Positions 1 through 5,348 of a DNA stretch of 12,587 bases are shown one piece after another. The position numbers and the translations under genes were made by a program. Position 1 is the first letter of the stretch; each line of letters begins with the position of its first letter. The DNA is taken from the NCBI GenBank assembly GCA_049510745.1, contig JBEKYR010000075.1, forward strand, positions 1-12,587. Reading direction: 5' to 3'. The stretch is from Verrucomicrobiota bacterium. Lineage in GTDB: Bacteria; Verrucomicrobiota; Verrucomicrobiia; Limisphaerales; Palsa-1400. Under the pieces are notes generated by a model. That model saw nothing but the letters and a program-made list of their open reading frames with translations, did no database searches and had not been told where the DNA came from.

Positions 1-33
1 GCCTTGGGGGTGCAAGTCCCTTCATGCCCACCA
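1..33 (+). tRNA. 3' part of a tRNA cut by the window edge (likely the same short-arm Leu type as the next two)
   Basis: T-arm GGGGG-TGCAAGT-CCCTT, then CATGCCC-A-CCA. The preceding GCCTT matches the variable region of the tRNA at 255-338. Anticodon is outside the window. Confidence 0.75.
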
Positions 34-137
34 GCCTTCGCTTGCAGCGCAGCCAGAGCAAGGCTGCCGCGTCGAAGCGAAGCGAAGACGGGCTTTCTGA
101 CCCGTCCCACCGGGCTTCGGCTTGGCAGGCCATTTCG

Positions 138-222
138 CGGCGACTGGCTTCAGCGGGAAGAGCAGACCCCGGCGACTTAAAATCGCCGAGTCTTCCGGGT
201 GCAAGTCCCGGGTCGCCGACCA
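138..222 (+). tRNA. tRNA-Leu(TAA), atypical (short variable region, enlarged D region)
   Basis: Acceptor CGGCGAC/GTCGCCG, anticodon arm GGCGA-CTTAAAA-TCGCC, T-arm CCGGG-TGCAAGT-CCCGG, A73 plus encoded CCA. Confidence 0.85.
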
Positions 223-402
223 ACCTTCGCTCGCCGAGCTACGGCTTGGCAAGCCGGCGTGTGGTTAATCGGGAACAGCAGACCGGTTCGACTCAAGATC
301 GAACAGCCTTGGGAGTGCAAGTCTCCCCACGCCGACCAGCCTTCGCCAAGCCTACGGCATGGCAAGCCAACCTTCGCTGCCCAGCTACGGCTGGCAGGCC
401 AA
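223..402. repeat. REP-like spacer repeats (copies at about 223-255, 339-369, 370-402)
   Basis: Consensus GCCTTCGC-N3..7-GCTACGGC-N1..3-GGCA(A/G)GCCA, which carries GTAG on the minus strand. Further copies at about 112-132 (partial), 2389-2422, 2632-2665, 4869-4901 and 5147-5172. Confidence 0.75.
255..338 (+). tRNA. tRNA-Leu(CAA), atypical (short variable region, enlarged D region)
   Basis: Acceptor CGGCGTG/CACGCCG, anticodon arm TTCGA-CTCAAGA-TCGAA, T-arm GGGAG-TGCAAGT-CTCCC, A73 plus CCA. Confidence 0.85.
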
Positions 403-405
403 TTT

Positions 406-434
406 GGAATGTCAACCGGACAAGCGATCCGGCC
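406..434 (+). pseudogene. 5' fragment of a tRNA-Ser-like gene (acceptor strand and D arm only)
   Basis: GGAATGTCAACCGGACAAGCGATCCGGCC closely matches the first ~30 nt of tRNA-Ser at 2426. No anticodon arm, T arm or 3' acceptor strand follows. Confidence 0.7.
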
Positions 435-530
435 ATGTCATACTCTACGACATCGGGTGCTGAACAAGGAGGGGGAAGGGTTCAGGCGAAGATTCGTGCG
501 GGACTCAGCCGTTTTGCCCCGTTGCCCAGG

Positions 531-1778
531 TCATCTGATCGTAGCTGCCACCCCCAGAATCTGCCTTCCGATCGAATCCCTCAACTCTTTAGGCACGACG
601 TCCCTCTGTTCAAGGGTCTTCCATGCGGCAACAGTGCGCTCGGCCGTCTCGACGGCGATCCGCCACAGCGGACTTGCCGGAATCCGCGCCGTGTCCGCAA
701 AGCGCCGCATCTGGTCGGGAGTAATTTCAGAAAGGCTGCGGCTGCCGCCGAAGTTCAGCGCCAGTCTGTCGTTCGGAATGTACGGGAGCGTAGCGACAAA
801 ATCGTAGCCCGGCGAGAGCACGGGAGTGCGCCGGTCGGGGTACAGGAGCGACCAGTTCTTCAAGTGCATGTCGGCGTTGCCGATCAACACTGAGAAGATG
901 AGACGGCGGACGAATTCCCAGACGGCGTCGTCGCCCGCTTCGGCCCAGAGGACGGAGGCGATATTCGCGTAACTGCGGTATTTATACTTGTCGTTAGGAA
1001 ACTGTCCGAAGACTTGCGCGAAATCTTCCATGTGGACGGACTCCCCGCCTGACAAGCGGTCGAAGCGCCGGACGGCCAGAGCCTGGCCCCCGGGCTTACG
1101 CGCCTCTTCCGGGAGGCCCTTGATGTCCGCCATCGCCACGAGGCGGTTCTCGGGCACGGCGATGCCGACGCGGCGCGCCAGTTCGAGCATGGCGAATTCG
1201 TTCTCGGGGACAGCCGCGAAACGGGCGGACGGCAGCTTGACGATCCATGATCCGCCCATGCCGCCCACGGGGATGGTCAGTCCGCCAGAGGCTTCCATGA
1301 GAGCGGAGAACTTCAACTGCACCCCAGCCAGGGAAAAGCGCAGCGCCCCTTCGCGGGGATGATCGCCGTCATGATGATCATCTTCATCTTGGTGGTGAAG
1401 GCCGGCTTGCTGCGCCTCGCCTTCCGGCGGCGTGACCACAAGCGCGCCGGGGAGATCGGCGCCGAGCACGGCCAGCAAGAAGAATTCGCGCTCGGGATCA
1501 ACTCCCGCCAGCTTCGCGAGGTATCCACGCAGGTGTCCTTCGGGCAGCAGGTTCGAGAAGAACGGCGGCACGCGGCGGGGCACGGGGCGCAGAGTTGTCA
1601 CAAGCCCGCCGGTGCGGCCCTTGAAAGAAAGGCTCAAGGTTGGGCGCTGCGGATCGTCGATGTAGCCCTGCTCGAATGCGAAGAGCTGGCGGTCGCCCGC
1701 GAGGCGAGTGATGACACCGATTTGGCGCCCATGCAGGTGGACGAAAAGCGCGTTGAGCTTTTTCGGGTCAAACTTCAT
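531..1778 (-). CDS. hipA: HipA-family serine/threonine kinase toxin (type II TA) with N-terminal HipA coupling domain
   Basis: Motifs FFSNLLPEG, SLAGVQLKF (P-loop), ENE, RRFDR, HMEDFAQ, GNADMHLKNWS and SPGYDF. Start taken at ATG 1778 (MKFDPKK), which overlaps the upstream HTH gene. Confidence 0.93.
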   Translation of the reverse strand: MKFDPKKLNALFVHLHGRQIGVITRLAGDRQLFAFEQGYIDDPQRPTLSLSFKGRTGGLVTTLRPVPRRVPPFFSNLLPEGHLRGYLAKLAGVDPEREFFLLAVLGADLPGALVVTPPEGEAQQAGLHHQDEDDHHDGDHPREGALRFSLAGVQLKFSALMEASGGLTIPVGGMGGSWIVKLPSARFAAVPENEFAMLELARRVGIAVPENRLVAMADIKGLPEEARKPGGQALAVRRFDRLSGGESVHMEDFAQVFGQFPNDKYKYRSYANIASVLWAEAGDDAVWEFVRRLIFSVLIGNADMHLKNWSLLYPDRRTPVLSPGYDFVATLPYIPNDRLALNFGGSRSLSEITPDQMRRFADTARIPASPLWRIAVETAERTVAAWKTLEQRDVVPKELRDSIGRQILGVAATIR

Positions 1779-2142
1779 CGTGCGGTTCCCCGGTTGTGTC
1801 CTCGCTGGCGTCATCGGCATAGAGGGAGCGCTCTTCGCCCTCGCCGGGCTGGTCGTTGAGATGGTCGCGAATCAGGGACTGCACCACGGGGACGAGGGCA
1901 CGCGGGACCATGAGAAGATCGTGGTCGAGAATGCGGACCAGTTCCAGAAGCGTGTCGTAGCGCGGCACGATCTTCCCGGACTCGATGCCGGAGACGTGCC
2001 TCTGGGTCAGACCGATGCGGCTGGCCAGGTCTCTCTGAGACCAGCGGCGCTTCGCGCGCGCCTCCTTCAGAGATCGGCGCAACTCCTCCGGGAGGCCGTT
2101 CAGACGCAGCGTTTTGATGTCTTTATTTGCATCATCATTCAT
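1768..2142 (-). CDS. XRE/HipB-like helix-turn-helix antitoxin
   Basis: LKEARAKRRWSQRDLASRIGLTQRHVSGIESGK is an XRE HTH. Acidic C-terminal tail. Lies directly upstream of hipA and overlaps it. Start at ATG 2142 or 2145. Confidence 0.9.
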   Translation of the reverse strand: MNDDANKDIKTLRLNGLPEELRRSLKEARAKRRWSQRDLASRIGLTQRHVSGIESGKIVPRYDTLLELVRILDHDLLMVPRALVPVVQSLIRDHLNDQPGEGEERSLYADDASEDTTGEPHDEV

Positions 2143-2145
2143 CAT

Positions 2146-2230
2146 TGATACAATAAAATATATCTGGATGAATTGCAAGTGATGCCTTACATTACATTGA
2201 ACTCGCAGTCTGATATAACCAAAGGTATCA
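2146..2230 (-). promoter_or_regulatory. Putative sigma70 promoter and two palindromic operators for the hipBA-like operon
   Basis: On the minus strand, TTGCAA (2178-2173)-17 bp-TATTGT (2155-2150). Palindromes TGATA-N10-TATCT (2146-2165) and TGATA-N10-TATCA (2211-2230). Confidence 0.6.
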
Positions 2231-2293
2231 CCGATTACCTTGCCCGGTTTAAGACGGCACCAAGGGACGGGAGTTTGCGGCGACCATTCTGTC

Positions 2294-2388
2294 GCCCGTG
2301 TAGCCCAAGGCAGAGGGTGTTTGCGCACGGCCACCGCTCAAACCTCCGCCAGTGCAGGTGTCCCGACGAGTCCGGACCACGGGCACCA
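2294..2388 (+). pseudogene. Degenerate tRNA (probably Leu CAA of the same short-arm family as 4793-4865)
   Basis: Intact acceptor GCCCGTG/CACGGGC plus ACCA, D region TAGCCCAAGGCAGAGG, a CTCAAAC loop without a pairing stem, CCAGTGCAGGTG shared with Leu(GAG). The T arm is disrupted by an 18-nt palindrome. Confidence 0.65.
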
Positions 2389-2425
2389 GCCTTCGCTCGG
2401 CGAGCTACGGCTGGCAGGCCAATTT

Positions 2426-2517
2426 GGAATGTCAACCGGACGAGCGGACCGGGCCTGTTTGCTAAACAGCGCGCTCCTGGAAACGGGAGTGTGGTGCAAG
2501 TCCACGGCATTCCGCCA
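2426..2517 (+). tRNA. tRNA-Ser(GCT)
   Basis: Acceptor GGAATGT/GCATTCC, anticodon arm CTGT-TTGCTAA-ACAG, long variable hairpin CTCCTG-GAAA-CGGGAG, T-arm TGTGG-TGCAAGT-CCACG, G73 plus CCA. Confidence 0.88.
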
Positions 2518-2539
2518 GCCTTTGCAGGCGGCCACCATC

Positions 2540-2631
2540 GCGCGTTTAGTTCAAAGAGAACCGTCCAGCTTATAACTGGAGTCGCACTAGATGAGTGCCT
2601 GGGTCCGGAGCGTTACCGGAAACGCGCATCA
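2540..2631 (+). tRNA. tRNA-Ile(TAT)-like with long variable arm; 3' end ATCA
   Basis: Acceptor GCGCGTT/AACGCGC, D stem GTTC/GAAC, anticodon arm TCCAG-CTTATAA-CTGGA, variable hairpin GCACT-AGATG-AGTGC, T-arm TCCGG-AGCGTTA-CCGGA. Confidence 0.72.
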
Positions 2632-2670
2632 GCCTTCGCCCTTTGGGCTACGGCCTGACAGGCCATTTCC

Positions 2671-2748
2671 GTCCCTGTGGTGTAGCCCAGCCAACACGCC
2701 TGCCTCTCATGCAGGAGATCACCGGAGCAAAGCCGGTCAGGGACGCCA
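2671..2748 (+). tRNA. tRNA-Glu(CTC)
   Basis: Acceptor GTCCCTG/CAGGGAC, anticodon arm CCTGC-CTCTCAT-GCAGG, T-arm ACCGG-AGCAAAG-CCGGT, G73 plus CCA. Confidence 0.85.
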
Positions 2749-2756
2749 ATTTTCAC

Positions 2757-2793
2757 GCCCCCAAAGCATTTTGAGCGATGCACTCCTTTGGTA
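2757..2793 (+). tRNA. 5' half of interrupted tRNA-Thr(GGT)
   Basis: GCCCCCA acceptor strand, D stem GCAT/ATGC, anticodon stem strand CTCCT and loop TTGGTA. Its complementary strands lie at 4566-4603. Confidence 0.8.
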
Positions 2794-3113
2794 GCTGCAA
2801 AAACAAAAAAGTGGCGATTCCTTCGCCCTCTTTTTGCGTTTTCCAACTCGGCATTAGAGGAAAAGTCGGGTTGAACATATTCGTGGCCTTGAGCGGGCTT
2901 GCGGCGTCTGCACGCCGGAACCGGGTGCCGGAGGCCGGCACAGGCGCTGCCCCAGCGCCCAAGCTTTGTTGCGCGGGGGCCGTCGTTGGTCACACGAACC
3001 GTCCTGGGTTCTGCCACCCCGGCTCGGGCGCGAGCCCTCTGGACGGATGATCCGGCGAGCAACGCGCCGCGTTGACGACCGGACCTTCGGCAACCCTGCC
3101 GAGTCGGTTGCAA

Positions 3114-3944
3114 CTACTTCTCCACCGCTTTGAGCTTCGCGTCGATTTCCTCGAGGGCAAAGCCCTCGGCGGCGATCCGGCGTTGGGCATCGGTCAGCAC
3201 CAACCAGGGAAGACTCGCGATGCCCGTGACCCAGGCCGTTTGCTCTGATTCCTCCGCCACTTGGCCCACGGGGAACGGGAACGCGTTCGAAGTTTTCCAT
3301 TCCTGGAAAGAACGGCTGTCGATGACGGCGGCCTGCACACCCAGGACCGTGAGGCCCTTCTGCCGTAGCGCCTCGTGCTGCCCGATCACTTGGCGGACCA
3401 AATGCCGGGACGGACGCTGTTGGCTGTCGAAAAGGCAGAGCAGGATGGGCTTGTTGGTGGGCGCCGCGTCGCTCCCCAGGCCCAGCGGAGCCAGGTCCGG
3501 CAGCGGGTCGCCCTCGGCGACGACGTGCAACGTGGCGAAGATGTTTTTCAGCATAGCCCTGACCTTCGAGTCGGCACCCGGCGCCTTGGCGTCCGGGGAC
3601 GGAAGCTGAATCGTGAAGGCGACGGGATACTTTTCCACCAGCCAGAGCCGAAAGGCCCGGCCGTTCAGGCGGTAGTCCACGATAAGGTTCTTTACCTTTC
3701 CAGACGCGGGGTCGCCGCCAATTCCTGTGAACGGTTGCGCGATCGTGACCGACAACGCATCGCCCGACAGGTGCTGCCGCAGGAATGCGGTGACATCGCT
3801 CCAGGCGTCCGTGGTGCCGATGAAGGCTCTATCGATTTGCAGCGTGTCCTTGGCCACGAGCCCGTTCGCCACGAGCGCGGAGACGACAACCAGGATGGCA
3901 GGCAAGACCCGCAATCTCCCCGGGCGGACGTTGATCCTGTGCAT
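3114..3944 (-). CDS. Secreted protein: signal peptide, DUF3395/lectin-like domain and thioredoxin-fold (redoxin-like) domain lacking CxxC
   Basis: Basic and hydrophobic N-terminus; GGDPASGKVKNLIVDYRLNG motif. C-terminal GDPLPDL...ILLCLFDSQQRPS...LTVLGV...SLPWLVLTD resembles a TlpA/AhpC-TSA fold. Confidence 0.7.
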   Translation of the reverse strand: MHRINVRPGRLRVLPAILVVVSALVANGLVAKDTLQIDRAFIGTTDAWSDVTAFLRQHLSGDALSVTIAQPFTGIGGDPASGKVKNLIVDYRLNGRAFRLWLVEKYPVAFTIQLPSPDAKAPGADSKVRAMLKNIFATLHVVAEGDPLPDLAPLGLGSDAAPTNKPILLCLFDSQQRPSRHLVRQVIGQHEALRQKGLTVLGVQAAVIDSRSFQEWKTSNAFPFPVGQVAEESEQTAWVTGIASLPWLVLTDAQRRIAAEGFALEEIDAKLKAVEK

Positions 3945-4235
3945 ACGCCCAGTCTAATAAACCTCCAGTCCAAGTGTCACGCTGTTTATGAAACGAATAC
4001 TCGTCCTGGGCGCGTGACAGAATTCTTCGGCTACTCCGCTAAGCAGGTCTGCATAAACATTTTGACAGCGCTGGTGTGAAAATGGTGTGTGCAAGCGGAG
4101 GTGATTATGGGGTTGTTGCATCTGACATGTCGCCAGCGTGGGGAACTCATGACTGAGCGAGACGAAGCTGCTGATACAGCGACGTATCGGCGTGTGGTCG
4201 GTCTTTTGGCCGTGGCCGACGGAGTGCCACCCTCA

Positions 4236-4482
4236 CATGTGTTCCTATGCCGCTAGCAGCATAGTCGCCACAGCACTGCGATGGACCTATTTCGACATGG
4301 CGTCGACCGATCTGTCATTGCCCTCTGGCTTGGACATGAATCCATGGAAACGACGCAGGTTTATCTACACGCAGATATGTGAGCTCAAGGAGGAGGTGCT
4401 AGCCAGAACAGAGTCGTTCAACGGGCACCAAGGCCGCTATCGTCCAAAGGATAAACTGCTGGCCTCCCTTCAGAGCCTGTGA
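4236..4482 (+). pseudogene. Tyrosine recombinase C-terminal remnant (RIT third-recombinase type)
   Basis: Manual translation gives HVF[21-nt insert with stop]RHSTAMDLFRHGVDRSVIALWLGHESMETTQVYLHADM, a frameshift at 4380, then ELKEEVLART...RYRPKDKLLASLQSL*. This contains the HxxR, LGH and catalytic Tyr boxes. Confidence 0.88.
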
Positions 4483-4565
4483 TTATGCCGAATCCAACAC
4501 CTGAGAAAGCTGTGATTTAGCCGGAGCACGTAGTCCCACTCGGCATAAATTGGTTCCCGGCATTA

Positions 4566-4603
4566 TGGGAGCCAGTTCGGTGCAATTCCGAGTGGGGGCT
4601 CCA
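4566..4603 (+). tRNA. 3' half of interrupted tRNA-Thr(GGT)
   Basis: T-GGGAG pairs with CTCCT (2783-2787). T-arm TTCGG-TGCAATT-CCGAG. TGGGGGC pairs with GCCCCCA (2757-2763). T73 plus CCA. Confidence 0.8.
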
Positions 4604-4631
4604 GATCGGTTTGGCGGTCGTCCACCAACCA

Positions 4632-4703
4632 CGCAGTCGAGCCAGCGCTCAGGCAGGCGTCATAAGCCAGCCACGCCCAGGGCAGCACTGGGGACTGCGA
4701 CCA
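4632..4703 (+). tRNA. tRNA with CAT anticodon (Met or Ile2), reduced D arm
   Basis: Acceptor CGCAGTC/GACTGCG, mini D hairpin GAGC-CAGC-GCTC, anticodon arm CAGGC-GTCATAA-GCCAG (one mismatch), T-arm CCCAG-GGCAGCA-CTGGG, ACCA. Confidence 0.65.
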
Positions 4704-4706
4704 TTC

Positions 4707-4784
4707 GCCTCCATGTCCCGATGCATCGGGACGGATTTCTTTTGTAAAGAAACCTCGCCGGAGCGTCCCCGGCTGGAGGCTCCA
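4707..4784 (+). tRNA. tRNA-Thr(TGT) with D arm replaced by a perfect palindrome
   Basis: Acceptor GCCTCCA/TGGAGGC, anticodon arm TTTCT-TTTGTAA-AGAAA, T-arm GCCGG-AGCGTCC-CCGGC, T73 plus CCA. Confidence 0.7.
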
Positions 4785-4792
4785 TTTCCTTT

Positions 4793-4865
4793 GTTCGCGT
4801 AGTCCAACAGCAGAGACACGACGTCGAGAGCGTCGCCAGTGCAGGTGCGATTCCTGCCGCGGGCA
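4793..4865 (+). tRNA. tRNA-Leu(GAG), short variable arm, CCA not encoded
   Basis: Acceptor GTTCGCG/CGCGGGC, anticodon arm CGACG-TCGAGAG-CGTCG (C33), variable CCAGT, T-arm GCAGG-TGCGATT-CCTGC, A73. Confidence 0.75.
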
Positions 4866-4907
4866 TCCGCCTTCGCCGTTGGGCTACGGCGGGACAAGCC
4901 ATTTTCC

Positions 4908-4981
4908 GGCCTGCAAGCTTTAAAGTGAAGCCGCGGTCTTTTAAGCCGTGGAACCCGGAGCATTACCGGGGCGGGCCACCA
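4908..4981 (+). tRNA. tRNA-Lys(TTT)
   Basis: Acceptor GGCCTGC/GCGGGCC, D stem GCTT/AAGC, anticodon arm GCGGT-CTTTTAA-GCCGT, T-arm CCCGG-AGCATTA-CCGGG, ACCA. Confidence 0.85.
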
Positions 4982-4983
4982 TT

Positions 4984-5058
4984 TGCCGGGTCGTCTAATT
5001 CGTAGGACATCGCCCTTTGAAGGCGATTATGCTGGTGCAAATCCAGCCCCGGCAGCCA
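4984..5058 (+). tRNA. tRNA-Gln(TTG)
   Basis: Acceptor TGCCGGG/CCCGGCA, anticodon arm TCGCC-CTTTGAA-GGCGA, T-arm GCTGG-TGCAAAT-CCAGC, G73 plus CCA. Confidence 0.88.
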
Positions 5059-5063
5059 ATTTC

Positions 5064-5137
5064 CGCTCGGTAGTGAAATAGAATCACGTCTGGCCTACAC
5101 CCAGAAATCGGAGGGGCAGAACCTTCCCGGGCGACCA
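5064..5137 (+). tRNA. tRNA-Val(TAC)
   Basis: Acceptor CGCTCGG/CCGGGCG, D stem GTGA/TCAC, anticodon arm TCTGG-CCTACAC-CCAGA (C33), T-arm GGAGG-GGCAGAA-CCTTC, ACCA. Confidence 0.8.
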
Positions 5138-5206
5138 ATCTTTGCCTTCCGGGCTACGGCTCGGCGGGCCATTGTTTGCCGCGCCACCGCGCAAAGCGCG
5201 ACGGCG

Positions 5207-5281
5207 GGCCTCGTGGCGTAATCAGGAGCGCGCCGGTCTCTGAATCCGGAGGACTTGGAGCAAAACCAGGCGAGGCAGCCA
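5207..5281 (+). tRNA. tRNA-Gln(CTG)
   Basis: Acceptor (G)GCCTCG/CGAGGC(A) with 1:72 mismatch, anticodon arm CCGGT-CTCTGAA-TCCGG, T-arm CTTGG-AGCAAAA-CCAGG, G73 plus CCA. Confidence 0.82.
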
Positions 5282-5348
5282 ATTTCCCCATGCCAATACA
5301 CGAGAGGTTTGCCGCGCGTTGGGCGTATTGCATCGGCCTGCCCTGCGG

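Larger units (their letters stand above)
2792..4565 (+). mobile_element. Decayed RIT-like (recombinase-in-trio) element inserted in the tRNA-Thr anticodon loop
   Basis: Right end CGGCATAA-9 bp-CGGCATTA (4541-4565) with an inverted TTATGCCG at 4483-4490. CGGCATTA at 2849-2856 near the degenerate left end. Tyrosine recombinase C-terminal remnant at 4236-4482. TA present at both junctions. Confidence 0.72.

Noticed and set aside
22..893. Long ORFs over the tRNA array and antisense to hipA (e.g. 24-893, 199-807)
   Set aside because: Shadow ORFs in GC-rich tRNA/repeat DNA with no protein motifs.
2255..2287. Stray ...GGCACCA and ...GCGACCA ends (also 2528-2538, 4612-4627)
   Set aside because: These could be remnants of deleted tRNAs, but no T arm or partner strand supports them.
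3976..4019. TGTCACGC/GCGTGACA inverted repeat upstream of the cargo gene
   Set aside because: It is only 8 bp and its spacing does not clearly fit an ECF promoter or element end.
2794..4565. Self-splicing group I/II intron in tRNA-Thr
   Set aside because: There is no GTGYG 5' end, no recognisable domain V and no terminal G at the 3' junction. The recombinase remnant and ATGCCG boxes explain the insert better.
34..5172. CRISPR array interpretation of the recurring GCCTTCGC...GCTACGGC repeat
   Set aside because: Copies vary in sequence and spacing, are separated by tRNA genes, and no cas genes are present.
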